NCBI GenBank assembly: GCA_963839095.1
Contig: CAWIUF010000004.1
Coordinates: 669 to 64,668, forward strand
Origin: an uncultured Actinomycetota bacterium
GTDB taxonomy: Bacteria > Actinomycetota > Actinomycetes > Streptosporangiales > Streptosporangiaceae
DNA length: 64,000 nt
Direction: 5' to 3'
Each line of letters opens with the position of its first letter. The stretch's first letter is position 1. The translations under genes and the position numbers were made by a program. The notes below the pieces were generated by a model. It was not told the origin of the DNA. It worked only from the letters and a program-made list of their open reading frames with translations, and ran no database searches. Shown piece by piece: positions 17,417-27,375 of this stretch.

Positions 17417-17998
17417 TCACACCGGCCGGCCGAGGAAGGCGGCGAGCTGATCGGCCGGACCCGCCCCGGCGGGTGCCTGTGCCGCGGCGCCGAATGGGGC
17501 CTGCCCGTCCGGACCGCGGAGCGCATCGGTGATCGCGACCCTGGCGTGGGCGAGCAGCCGGTCCGCGAGTCCGGGGTCCAGGTCCGTGGGGCACCCGATG
17601 GCGCGGGCCAGGTCCCAGCCATGGGCGAACTGGTCCATCGCCGCCATATCCCGCACGACGGTGCCGGGAAACTCTCCGAACGGGAGCCGGACCATCGAGT
17701 CCAGCACCCCCTCCGCAGCGAACGCCGTGACGGCGATCCGGATGCCCTCTTCGTAGGCTCCGACGAAATCCCCGGCTGCGTAGTCGATGTCCGCGGGCCC
17801 GTCGTCTCCGGCCGCGGCCGCTTCCCCGGCTACGGCCGCCGCCCACCAGTGGGCGGTGCCGATGAAATGGTTGACCAGGCCGTGGACATCCCAGGAGACG
17901 CACGGCGTGGCCGCGGTCAGGTCACTGGGCCGGACCTTCGTCAAGACGTCCAGGGTGCTCTGCATGGCCTGGTTCAGCGGGCAATCCATTGCTTCCAT
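17417..17998 (-). CDS. DinB/mycothiol-maleylpyruvate-isomerase N-terminal-domain protein (TIGR03086-like)
   Basis: ATG 17998 after GAGAGG. ..ATPCVSWDVHGLVNHFIG..DQFAHGWDLARAIG... Its stop lies 3 nt from the sigma start, so probably co-transcribed. Confidence 0.7.
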   Translation of the reverse strand: MEAMDCPLNQAMQSTLDVLTKVRPSDLTAATPCVSWDVHGLVNHFIGTAHWWAAAVAGEAAAAGDDGPADIDYAAGDFVGAYEEGIRIAVTAFAAEGVLDSMVRLPFGEFPGTVVRDMAAMDQFAHGWDLARAIGCPTDLDPGLADRLLAHARVAITDALRGPDGQAPFGAAAQAPAGAGPADQLAAFLGRPV

Positions 17999-18196
17999 CC
18001 TCTCATCGGCGATCTGCCTACACTCCGGGCAGACCGGGCGAGAAAAGAAAAGGAACCGCTCGCTCCCCGGCTTCTTTGCATGCCCGCGAAGTGGGCGCCC
18101 GGCCCGGGTCCAGCCTGACGCGATCAAGCCGGGTCAAGACGCGCGTCGCCGACCCCAGCCCTAAAGAGGTGAGCTAGGCGCTATGCCCGCCTCAGC

Positions 18197-18391
18197 AGGG
18201 TCTTCGGGCTGTCCGGTCCCTTGATGTCCGTCAGCCCGCTCAGCGGGCCCGTACTCGCGGGGTTCCTGCTCTGGCTGGACCCGTTCGGCCTGGGCTGGCG
18301 CGCGGTGTTCCTGATCAACGTCGCCATGATCGGCAGGCTCATGGCGACCTCCTGCCGTTTTCGGCGGCCGTCGCCGCCCGGACGTTGCTGA
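18197..18391 (+). pseudogene. internal scrap of a DHA2-type MFS transporter
   Basis: ..LSGPVLAGFLLWLDPFGLGWRAVFLINVAMIG.. (the G..GP..GG..WRW.F.INVP motif region) with no start and no further TM segments. Confidence 0.45.
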
Positions 18392-18415
18392 GCGGGTAGA
18401 GATCGAACGGGGTGT

Positions 18416-19054
18416 TCACTCACCCCACCGCGAGGTCAGCGCCGCCTGTTCGATCGTTGTCGGGTGCCCCTCCTGGCCGCGTTCTCGCACCAGTTCGCCG
18501 GCGATGCTATAGCGGGGTGCGTTCTGGGGGCTGCGCCCGGCATGGCGGATGATCTCGTCGATCAGTGAGGTGACCATCCGCAGCCGGGGGTAGCAGGCGT
18601 GGACCGCCTGCCCCTGGGCATCGGTAATGAATTCCGAACCGGAGCCGAAGTCGATGCCTACGCCTCGCCTGGTCAGGTAGGCAAGGGGGCCGCGCCGCTC
18701 GGCGATGCCGGGCGAAGTGTGCAGGGCTATCGCCTCCCACACCAGGTCCACGCCGCGTGCGCCGACTCCGTTGTCGGTAAGGAACTTCGCGGCCATGTCG
18801 GCGCCGTCGACCTCGAACCGCTGGGTACCGCCAGCCGCCCGCGACGTACCGAGATCGTGCAGGACACACGCGAAGAACAGCAGGTCGAGCTCGGAGTCCA
18901 CCGCGGGCCGCAACCCCTCATGTTCCGCGAGCAACACCGCGAAAAGGTAGCTGCGCAGGCTGTGGTTGGCCACCGGCTCGGTTTCGCATGCACGGACGTA
19001 CTCGACCGCGCGGACGGCCAGCGGTGTGGTGGGGAGGGTGGGAACTGTATGCAT
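18416..19054 (-). CDS. HD-domain metal-dependent phosphohydrolase
   Basis: ATG 19054. ..NHSLRSYLFAVLLA...LLFFACVLHDLGTS.. gives the H...HD signature. Confidence 0.75.
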   Translation of the reverse strand: MHTVPTLPTTPLAVRAVEYVRACETEPVANHSLRSYLFAVLLAEHEGLRPAVDSELDLLFFACVLHDLGTSRAAGGTQRFEVDGADMAAKFLTDNGVGARGVDLVWEAIALHTSPGIAERRGPLAYLTRRGVGIDFGSGSEFITDAQGQAVHACYPRLRMVTSLIDEIIRHAGRSPQNAPRYSIAGELVRERGQEGHPTTIEQAALTSRWGE

Positions 19055-19124
19055 GGCATGACCGTAGCCAGCGGGACACATGACCGGCAGTGGCACGAAT
19101 GCCATTAGCCGATAGGATTACGCC

Positions 19125-20084
19125 ATGTCCGCGCCTCCCCGACTGCACCAGGTGGCGGTGCTGGCGCTGCCTGGTCTTCTGGCGCTGGATTTCGGCATCC
19201 CGGTCCATGCGTTCGGTAACTGGGACGGCGGCCCGTACGCGGTCACGGTGTGCGCCGAGATCCCCGGCCCGGTGCGGGTCGAGGGAGCTCCCGCACTGCT
19301 CATCGAGCACGGCCTCGAAGCGCTCGCAGAGGCTGACACGATCGTCGTGCCCGGCCAGGCACGCCCGGTCCCGCCGTCGGAGCGGGTGCGCGCGGCGCTG
19401 GCCGCGGCCGCCGCCCGCGGTACTCGCATGGTCTCCATCTGCACGGGTGCGTTCGTACTCGCTGCCGCGGGCCTGCTCGACGGCCGGCGCGCCACCACCC
19501 ACTGGCAGCAGACCGCGGCGCTGGCTCGCGATTATCCAGCGGTGACGGTGGATCCGCATGTGCTCTACGTTGACGAAGGCGACGTCCTGACCTCGGCAGG
19601 CGTGGCCGCCGGAATCGACCTGTGCCTGCACATCATCCGCACCGACGCCGGAGCTGTGGCTGCCAACCAGCGCGCGCGGGCGCTCGTCGCGGCACCGCAT
19701 CGTACTGGCGGCCAGGCCCAGTACATCGACCGCCCGGCCCTGTCCCAGCGGACCGGCGCGCTCGATGAGCTGCGCGCGTGGGCCTTGCGTCACCTCGCTG
19801 AGCCGCTCACCGTCGATCGAATGGCACGCCGGGCGTGCCTGTCCCGTCGCACGCTCATCCGCCGGTTCCACGACGAGACCGGCCTGCCGCCGATGCGCTG
19901 GCTGCTCGACGCCCGCATCGACCGCGCACGAGAACTGCTCGAAGCCTCCGACGTACCCATGGAGATCGTGGCCCGACTATCCGGGCTGGGTACCCCCGCG
20001 AACCTGCGAACCCTGTTCAAACGCCATACAGGCGTCCCGCCCAGCACGTACCGCAGCACATTCCACCGCCCCGCAGGGGCGTGA
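19125..20084 (+). CDS. GlxA-family regulator (DJ-1/PfpI-like domain + AraC HTH)
   Basis: HQVAVLALPGLLALDFGIP..ICTGAFVLAAAGLLDGRRATTHW.. plus a C-terminal AraC-type double HTH. Confidence 0.85.
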   Translation: MSAPPRLHQVAVLALPGLLALDFGIPVHAFGNWDGGPYAVTVCAEIPGPVRVEGAPALLIEHGLEALAEADTIVVPGQARPVPPSERVRAALAAAAARGTRMVSICTGAFVLAAAGLLDGRRATTHWQQTAALARDYPAVTVDPHVLYVDEGDVLTSAGVAAGIDLCLHIIRTDAGAVAANQRARALVAAPHRTGGQAQYIDRPALSQRTGALDELRAWALRHLAEPLTVDRMARRACLSRRTLIRRFHDETGLPPMRWLLDARIDRARELLEASDVPMEIVARLSGLGTPANLRTLFKRHTGVPPSTYRSTFHRPAGA

Positions 20085-20757
20085 GGGTGTGGCAGAACCG
20101 GTCACGCGAGGGAATAAGACGATGAGAGCTTCCGCGATGACCTGGCTCCATCGCTGGTAACCGGTGGCGGACAGGTGGAAGCGGTCGGATGCGAAGAAGT
20201 ACGGAGGCGGAGTTCCGGGCATGGTGACCCATGTCGTGCCAGGGTGCGCCGCGCAGATCTGCCGGGAAACGTCATCGAGGGCGGCGGCCCGTTCGCTCAG
20301 GTAGCGACCGAGGGTGGCCGGCATTGACGGGAATAGCGCGAATGGCGGTATACCGGCGACCACTACCTGGTCGGCGCGTTCCGTGAGGTCGTCCACGATG
20401 GCGGAGAGGTCGTCACGCCACTGGCCGGGACTGCGCCTGGTCATGACGTCGTTGCCGCCGGCCAGGAGCACGGCAACGTCTAGGTCCTCGTCGAGCTGCG
20501 GTAGGAGCCGGTAGCGGATTCGGCGGGCGGTGGCGCCGAACTGACCGGCGACCTGCCACTGGACGGGCCGCCTGGTATGCGCATTGATCTCGCGGGCCAA
20601 GGACCCCGTGAATCCCTCGTCGTGGTTGTTGACCCCGGACCCGGCCGCGGTGGACTCGCCCACCACGGCGATGCGCAGCGGCGCGCCCGGGGTTGCCCCC
20701 ACGGTGCCGCTGGTCGGGCCGGTCGCGGGCGGGGCCGGCCTTATCGTGGCGCGCATC
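19977..20757 (-). CDS. SGNH/GDSL-type hydrolase
   Basis: ATG 20757. Block I RIAVVGESTAAGSGV, block III LLAGGND, block V DRFHLS. The 3' end overlaps glxA by ~108 nt, so the C-terminal tail may be a frameshift artefact. Confidence 0.7.
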
Positions 20758-20797
20758 CATTTTCCTTGCGCGGCGGCGACTGGCAGCAAGAGCCGTT

Positions 20798-21301
20798 TCA
20801 CCGGCTCGCCCTGTCTGCGCCGGGGGAGTCGGCCGCCGCCCGGGCCGCGGCGTCGCGGAGCAGTCCGGGTACCACCCGGCGATGGACGGCGGACAACGGG
20901 GGCCACATGCTGCGGCCCAGGCACCGGTCGTAGTGCAGGAAGGTTCCCAGTGACACCCGCCCTTCGGCTGTCTGGACAACGAGATTGCAGCTCAGAAGCG
21001 CCGAAGCGGCCTCGAGCCGGATCCAGTCCTCGCCGCGTTCGCCGATCTGCCATCCGGCCACGGTGGCGGATGATCGCCCCCGGCTCAGTCGCAGACCGAG
21101 CAGCCCGCGCCAGATCAGCAGCTCCGTGAGGCTGGGGACGTTGCCGAACATCGCACGGGCCCATCGCTCCGGCGTTGCCTCCGTGTCCGTGGTCAGGGTG
21201 AACAGGTCGGCGTAGTCGACCTCGGGCAACGAACTGAGCGCGCGGAGGGATTCGGGAATGTCGTTCGTCCCCACGGCACTTTCGATCAGGCTGACGGCCA
21301 T
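20798..21301 (-). CDS. DUF2867-like protein
   Basis: 167 aa, divergent from the TetR gene. ..FLHYDRCLGRSMWPPLSAVHRRVVPGLL resembles the DUF2867 C-terminus (from memory). Confidence 0.55.
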   Translation of the reverse strand: MAVSLIESAVGTNDIPESLRALSSLPEVDYADLFTLTTDTEATPERWARAMFGNVPSLTELLIWRGLLGLRLSRGRSSATVAGWQIGERGEDWIRLEAASALLSCNLVVQTAEGRVSLGTFLHYDRCLGRSMWPPLSAVHRRVVPGLLRDAAARAAADSPGADRASR

Positions 21302-21321
21302 TTCGCGGTGTTCCCATCATG

Positions 21322-21371
21322 TATACGGTACCGTATAAAAGTAGGCTAGCAGATTTATACGGCAGCGTATA
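21322..21371. promoter_or_regulatory. two TetR-type operators
   Basis: Perfect 16-bp palindrome TATACGGTACCGTATA (21322-21337) and TATACGGCAGCGTATA (21356-21371), the latter abutting the tetR start. Confidence 0.65.
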
Positions 21372-21372
21372 C

Positions 21373-22002
21373 ATGAAAGTGGGGCGCATCGTGGGCGCGA
21401 CTCGCACGCCGCGTGACAGCTGGGTCGAGGCCGGGCTGGCGGCGCTGGCCGCCGGCGGCCCGGATGCCGTTCGCGTCGAGGCGCTGGCGAAGAAGCTCGG
21501 CGTCACGAAAGGCGGGTTCTACGGGTACTTCGCCGACCGCGACGCGCTGCTGGCGGCGATGCTCGATGCCTGGGAACGGGAGAGCATCGACGAGGTGATC
21601 GATCGCGTCGAGCGCGAGGGCGGGGATCCGAGGACCAAGATCCAGCACGCTGGCGTGCTCACTTTCTCCAGCGACCGCCTGCTGCCGATCGACCTTGCGA
21701 TCCGGGACTGGGCCCGGCGCGACGAGGCGGTCGCCGAGCGCCTGCGGCGGGTGGACAACCGGCGCATGGCGCTGCTCCGCGCGATGATCGGCACTTTCTG
21801 CTCCGATGCCGACGAGGTCGAGGCCCGCAGCCTGCTCGCCTTCTGCGTGGCGATCGGCGCGCACTTCCTCGCCGCCGGCCACGGCGACCGCACCCGCGCC
21901 CAGGTTCTCGCCCGCGCAGCCGACCTGCTGCTCGACCGCCCCGCCACGACCACGGCCGCCGGCCTGGCCCCTTCGCCGGAGGCTGACCGCGGAACCGGCT
22001 GA
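21373..22002 (+). CDS. TetR family transcriptional regulator
   Basis: ATG 21373. HTH ..VRVEALAKKLGVTKGGFYGYFADRDALLAAML... Confidence 0.85.
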   Translation: MKVGRIVGATRTPRDSWVEAGLAALAAGGPDAVRVEALAKKLGVTKGGFYGYFADRDALLAAMLDAWERESIDEVIDRVEREGGDPRTKIQHAGVLTFSSDRLLPIDLAIRDWARRDEAVAERLRRVDNRRMALLRAMIGTFCSDADEVEARSLLAFCVAIGAHFLAAGHGDRTRAQVLARAADLLLDRPATTTAAGLAPSPEADRGTG

Positions 22003-22339
22003 TGCCAGGATGCGGCCGCTTCCGGCTCGCGGGTCGGCTGGTGCCATTCGTCGAAGACGCTGCGGAGCAGGCGCATGGTCAGTTCCGGCGGGCCGGCCAG
22101 GATCTCCGACCAGTCGGCATAGAGCACCCGCAGCGCGTCGCCTTCCAGCGAAGCCCCTGCCGGGCCGGTCTGTGGCTCGGTCATCTCAGCGCTCCTTACT
22201 GGCCGGACGGCGACAAATGCCGGACGGCGACAATGTTGTGACCTACGGCACAACTGTGGGTGAGGCGCGGCGCCCGTGGTTGTTCCGATGTGGAACAGCG
22301 CGAACGGCCAATGTCGGCGGCAGCTGCCAAGCTGGGGTG

Positions 22340-23032
22340 ATGACAGCGATCACAACGCGGTGCTGGACCGAGGCCGGCACGACCTGGTTCGCCGTCAGCG
22401 TCGTAGGACCCGAGCTGGCGGCGCGGGCCGGGCACGTCCTGATGGACTATCAGCGCGACGGCGACGAATGGCGGCGCGGCTACCCGGCGGACACCCCGGG
22501 ACTAGATGCCTGCTGGCAGAACTTCGCCGGTTGCGCGGAGCCGATGCTGCGGCAGGCAGCCGGGCTGGAGCCCGTCCCCTGGCGCGCGGCGCTGCACGAG
22601 CTGTGCCGGCGCACCAGCGGGCGGGAGGCAGGCTGGTGGCTGGCCGGCAGCACGGCGCTGGCCGTGCGCGGCGCGGGAATCGAGCCCGGTGACATCGATC
22701 TGGTGTGCTCCGGTGACAGCGCCCGGCGCCTGGGTGCGATCTTCGCCGACACGCTCATCGAGCCGGTTGCCTATGACAGGAACAGCGACCTCAGCGATTA
22801 CTGGGGCCGTGCGTTCCCGGGTGCCCGGCTGGAATGGATCGGTGATCCCAAGGCCGGCGTCGACTCACCCGCGCCGACCGACTTCGGGCCCGTCGCCGCG
22901 TCGCGGCTTGAGACCGTGACGTGGGAAGGGTGGCAGCTGCGGGTACCTCCGCTTGACTTGCAGCGGGCCGTGAGCCAGCGCCGGGGGCTCACCACCCGCG
23001 TGGCACTCATCGACGCGCTCCTCAGGGAATAA
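22340..23032 (+). CDS. hypothetical protein with a nucleotidyltransferase-fold C-terminal domain
   Basis: ATG 22340. GSTALAVRGAGIEPGDIDLV matches the GS...D.D NTase signature. The upstream part of ORF 21806..23032 is antisense to or outside real genes. Confidence 0.55.
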   Translation: MTAITTRCWTEAGTTWFAVSVVGPELAARAGHVLMDYQRDGDEWRRGYPADTPGLDACWQNFAGCAEPMLRQAAGLEPVPWRAALHELCRRTSGREAGWWLAGSTALAVRGAGIEPGDIDLVCSGDSARRLGAIFADTLIEPVAYDRNSDLSDYWGRAFPGARLEWIGDPKAGVDSPAPTDFGPVAASRLETVTWEGWQLRVPPLDLQRAVSQRRGLTTRVALIDALLRE

Positions 23033-23234
23033 GCACCCAAGCCGGCGCGGTGCCGACCTCTAACTCTGCGAAATGTAGTATTTCAGTCACATCCGCACCA
23101 TATGCAACACGCCTCCCTGTGGCTTACACCGCTGGCTCGACGGCTGCCGCTGACCGGAGCAGGGAAAGCCGTTCCAGCTGATTAATGCAAGGGAATGATG
23201 GCGTGCGCTGAGCCGCCGGGGGCAAAATGGCCGG

Positions 23235-25132
23235 GTGACATCGGTCTGGCCCACAATGCCTGAGATGCTCGCCTTGCGTGACACGGATCCGCGCCAGGTG
23301 GGTGTCTACGGGTTGCTCGGCCGCCTGGGGGAGGGCGGGCAGGGCGTCGTGTTCCTGGCCGAGGGCCCGACCGGGAACCCGGCGGCGGTCAAGCTTATGG
23401 CGCCGACTACCGATCCGCAGGTCCGGAGCCGTTTCCTGAAGGAGGTCGCCGCCGCGCAGCGGGTCGCCCGGTTCTGCACCGCGCAGGTTCTGGACGCGGG
23501 GATCTTCGAACGGCGGCCGTTCATTGTCAGCGAATACGTCAACGGGCCCTCACTGGTCGAGGTCGTCGAGCAATTCGGGCCTCGCGGCGGCGCTGCCCTC
23601 GAGCGCATCGCCGTCGCCACGCTGACCGCGCTGGGCGCGGTGCATGCCGCCGGGATGGTGCATCGCGACTTCAAGCCGGGCAATGTCCTGCTCGGGCCCG
23701 ACGGGCCAGTGGTGATCGACTTCGGGCTGGCGGCCGTCCCCGGGATGACCACGGTCCTTTCCGGCGACGTCCTCATCGGAACTCCGGCGTTCATGGCCCC
23801 TGAGCAGCTGGCTGGCACCCGGGTGACCGCGGCGGCCGATATGTGGTCGTGGGCCGTGACGATGGTATTCGCGGGCACCGGCGAGCAGCCCTTCAAGGGC
23901 GACTCGCTGACCGCCACGGCCTACGCCATCCTTCATGCCGAGCCGCGTTTGGGCAGCCTTCCCGAACCACTGCGCTCGCTGGTCTACAAGTGCCTCGACA
24001 AGAACGCAGCGGGACAGGCCGTCGGCCCGCGGTGCGCTCGGCGAGCTGGTGGCCGCCGGAGCGCGGCTTACGGGACCGATGCCGCCCCCGGTCGCCGCGC
24101 CGTCCGCGGATGAGGAGACCCCTAGCCCGCAGCGTGCGCCGGTCATGCCGCCCAGACCGCGGCCCGGCAGCGTCGATGGCCTGATCAGCGCCCGCCCGGC
24201 GTCCGGGCCGGGGGTGGCGTCCGGATCCCGGTCAGCACGGCACGGGAGTCGTCATCGCACCCGGTGGCGCCGGCGGGCCCCGGTGCTGCTGGCCGCGTGC
24301 CTGCTGGCCATCGCGGTCGGCGTGCTCGTCGTTAGTCTCCCCCGGTCCGGCCCGGCATCGGACCAGCTAGCGGGCAGCCGTACTCCGGCGAGCAATCCAG
24401 TCGACGCCCAGACCGTGGCGAGGAACAAGGCCATCGCCTGGATCCTGCAGCAGGTCGACCGGGCCGCCCTCGTGTCCTGCGACCCCCAGGTATGCAGGGC
24501 CCTGGTCCGTGCGGGCTTCCCGTCCGGAAACGTGTCGCAGCTCGGGCCGGCGTCGAATGATCCGCTCGGCTCGGCTCTGGTGGTCGTCACCACGCCCGTC
24601 CGAGCTCAGTACAGGAGCCGGCTGGCTTCTGTCTACGCTCCGGCCATCATCGCCAGCTTCGGCTCCGGGGCCAACAGGATCGACATCCGCCTGGTCTATC
24701 CCGGCGGTGCCGCCGGCTACGACGCCGTTCGGCAAACGGACTTGCGCCACAGGAAGGCGGTCGGCGCCGAGCTGCTGGCGAACAGCCACATCAAGGCCTC
24801 GGCCGCGGCCAGGGCGCAGCTTCTCAGCGGCGATGTCGATCCCCGGCTGCCGGAGCTCCTCGCCTACATGGCCGACCGCCACCCCGTGCGCATCACGGAT
24901 TTCGTCGACCAGTCGCCTGGTGGCGGACCTGCCAGCCTGCTGCGGTCGGTAGACCTGGCCACGGTGGTCAGCGCGGCGCAGATGACTCGTGCCGCCTACG
25001 TCGGCTGGATGTACGCGCTCATCGGCCAGCAGCAAGCCGAGTATCGCCCCGCCTCCTGGCAGACAGCTCACGCTGCCTGCTGGCGGGTCCGTGCTGAGGA
25101 TCGAGTACGGCGCGCCGAGCCCGCTCAGCTAG
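23235..25132 (+). pseudogene. membrane Ser/Thr protein kinase with an extracellular domain, two frameshifts
   Basis: GEGGQGVVF..AVK..HRDFKPGNVLL..DFGLA..GTPAFMAPE kinase core. Frame change at ~23995-24010 (..CLDKN / DRPSARGALGELV). TM segment APVLLAACLLAIAVGVLVV. Second change at ~25055-25070, giving the natural-looking end ..LTLPAGGSVLRIEYGAPSPLS*. Confidence 0.75.
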
Positions 25133-25249
25133 CTGGGGTCCGGGCCTGGTCGGCCAGGACAGGGCCGGACGCGTCCCGCTGCGCGGCCGGAGCGCCCTCG
25201 CGCTCCCCTCCAAGTAGGCGCGAGGACGCTGCCGACCTGCAGCGCGTTG

Positions 25250-25440
25250 ATCTCGGTAAAGTTAGGAAGAAACAGGAAGACAACTCCTGCATTAGGCACT
25301 TTAGGTGAGCACAGATAGGAAGTAAAGAGTATTGACGAGATGAGTCGAGAAGAGAAGTGCAGCCCGGTATGGTTAGGAGTGGGCAGAAGAGCTAGAATTT
25401 TCTATCCTCTTCGGGTGGGGATGGTCATGTGGCTGGAGGC
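25250..25440. other. low-GC, purine-rich spacer with TTAGG repeats
   Basis: TTAGG at 25262, 25292, 25301 and 25373 (plus ATAGG at 25315). AGGAAGA repeated at 25264 and 25274. TTGACG at 25332. In strong contrast to the surrounding GC-rich DNA. Confidence 0.6.
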
Positions 25441-25475
25441 GCGACTAGCATCGGGTCGCGGGGAAGGGCGGTCAT

Positions 25476-25865
25476 ATGGCCGGTGAGGACTGGCAGCGGC
25501 TTGCCGATTACGTCATCGCACGCCGGGTCGAGCTAGGCATGCGGGACAGGCGGGCGTTTGCCGAGGTGACAGGAGTGACCGAGCGGACGCTGGGAAAGCT
25601 CGAGAACGGCCAGCACGTTTCCCCCAGCACGCTCGGCATGGTCGAGAACCGGCTCGGCTGGGCTCCGGGTTCGTGCCGGCGGGTACTCGCAGGCGGGGAA
25701 CCCAAGGCAGGGTCGCCGGATCTCGGGCAGGCCGAGTATGAAGACCCGACGCTGTGGCACATCGCGAGCACCCCGGGCCTGCCTCCCGACGTGGTTCGCG
25801 GCCTCGTCGCCCTGGCCCGGAACTGGCGGCAAGGCGGCGATGACGCTGACGAGCCAGCCCGCTAG
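25476..25865 (+). CDS. XRE-family helix-turn-helix regulator
   Basis: 129 aa. ..RRAFAEVTGVTERTLGKLENGQHVSPSTL... SD GGGAAGGG. Confidence 0.7.
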   Translation: MAGEDWQRLADYVIARRVELGMRDRRAFAEVTGVTERTLGKLENGQHVSPSTLGMVENRLGWAPGSCRRVLAGGEPKAGSPDLGQAEYEDPTLWHIASTPGLPPDVVRGLVALARNWRQGGDDADEPAR

Positions 25866-25922
25866 CTCACCTGGCCGCTGCATCCAGCCGGGGACCGGGT
25901 TGCGGCTGCCAGGACTCCGGGC

Positions 25923-26099
25923 TCAACGGCGCCTCGAGGGCGCGAGAAAGCCAAAGTAGAACGCCACGAACACCACGACGATCCCGACGTTCGCCAGCAG
26001 TCGCTCCCACAGCCGGCCTTCGAAGAACAGGACGTCGACGACGACCACGGTGGCCACCAGCACGAGCACGTAAAGCACGACGACTGGCCGTCTTCCCAT
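25923..26099 (-). CDS. small two-TM membrane protein
   Basis: ATG 26099 with SD AAGGGAGG. MGRRPVVVLYVLVLVATVVVVDVLFFEGRLWERLLANVGIVVVFVAFYFGF... Confidence 0.6.
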   Translation of the reverse strand: MGRRPVVVLYVLVLVATVVVVDVLFFEGRLWERLLANVGIVVVFVAFYFGFLAPSRRR

Positions 26100-26235
26100 C
26101 CTCCCTTGGTACTGCCAGCAGTCCTCCCTGTCAATCGGGTACAAGCCCCGCCGGACCCGGTAGATAAGGCATCTATTAGCCGGTTTCCGCAGGCAGAGCA
26201 GGCAGAGCAGGCGGGACGGCGGCTGCGACCAGAGC

Positions 26236-27270
26236 TTAGGAGACGGTTCCTGGCCGCAGCGTGGCGGATGTGCGCTGCGTGCTGATCATGCTCTGCGCCA
26301 GGGGCGTCTGCCAGTACAGCACGCTCCGGCCAGTCCGCCGGCTGGAGAGCAGGCCGTTGGCTTTCAGCACCGTCAGGTGCTCGCTGACCGATCCCGGGCT
26401 CTGGCCGAGCTCGCGCGCCAGCTGCGTCGTGGTGACCGGGACGGCGGCGCGTTCCAGGATCGCCGCCCGGGTCCGGCCGACCAGGGCGGCGAGCTGGCTG
26501 GCCGGCTCATGGTCGGGCGGTTCCAGGCCTTCCCACACCCGCCCGACGCCGTGCGCCGGATACGTGAGGCTGAAGACCCCTGGCTCGCCGTCCTCGATCA
26601 CGAGGACGGGGTAGCCGAAGACGGATGGCGTCAATATCAGCTGGGTCGCGCGGTAGGTTGCGCCCGCGTGGTGCGGCTTGTCCACCAGGAGGTCGTAGTC
26701 CCGCACGGTGGCCTCGGTATGCAGGTCGTCCAGCAGGGCGAACAGGCCGCGCTCGGCCATGGCGCCCACCCGGAACGCCACGTCTGCCTCGAGTACCGCG
26801 CAGATACGAGGCCAGTGCGGCGCGATCGCCGCGGTCCAGTATTCCCAGAGTTTCTCGGCGAGGATGCCCGGCCCGCGCGTGCCGGCACCCAGCAGGTCGG
26901 TCAGGGGAGCCGGACATGCCCGGTCACCCCAGGGCTGGGCCAGGTCGGCCATCAGCTCCTCGGGCGACAGATGCGTGATGTCCGTCAGCTGGTCCTCGAT
27001 GGTGACCCGGGCCGTATCCGCTATGGGCGTCAGGCATGACGGAATCCATTTCCCGGGCGGGGCCACCGCGAGCAGCAAGGGCAGATCGACGCCGCTCAGG
27101 CGGCTACGGGTCAGGTGCAGCCAGCGTGCATGGAGGTGAGTGAGATGCGGTCGCCCGAGGAGCCGAAGGCTGAGCGCCACCTCGCCCAGCGGCGAGAACG
27201 TGAACCGCGTGCGTCCCAGGGCCTCACCACTCAGCTGGAACGTGATCACCCGCTGCCTCCGAATCCTCAT
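26236..27270 (-). CDS. ArsR-type wHTH regulator with a long N-terminal domain (DUF5937-like)
   Basis: ATG 27270. C-terminal ..RAAILERAAVPVTTTQLARELGQSPGSVSEHLTVLKANGLLSSRRTGRSVLY... Confidence 0.7.
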   Translation of the reverse strand: MRIRRQRVITFQLSGEALGRTRFTFSPLGEVALSLRLLGRPHLTHLHARWLHLTRSRLSGVDLPLLLAVAPPGKWIPSCLTPIADTARVTIEDQLTDITHLSPEELMADLAQPWGDRACPAPLTDLLGAGTRGPGILAEKLWEYWTAAIAPHWPRICAVLEADVAFRVGAMAERGLFALLDDLHTEATVRDYDLLVDKPHHAGATYRATQLILTPSVFGYPVLVIEDGEPGVFSLTYPAHGVGRVWEGLEPPDHEPASQLAALVGRTRAAILERAAVPVTTTQLARELGQSPGSVSEHLTVLKANGLLSSRRTGRSVLYWQTPLAQSMISTQRTSATLRPGTVS

Positions 27271-27375
27271 CTCTAGGCTGACATGAAGTCCAGCTGCCTG
27301 GGTACCGGTGATGCCACCTTTCGGCTGCAGCCGAACCGTTGCCAGCAACGAGTTGCTCGACCCTAGGCTCCTCCC

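Noticed and set aside
19977-21506. 509-aa minus-strand ORF
   Set aside because: Only the part from ATG 20757 matches SGNH hydrolases. The upstream part overlaps the DUF2867-like gene in another frame and the TetR operator region.
26189-26215. Short tandem repeats (GCAGGCAGA x2.5 here; 18-bp x2 at 57854) as possible CRISPR or VNTR
   Set aside because: They are far too short, with no spacer-repeat architecture and no cas genes anywhere in the window.
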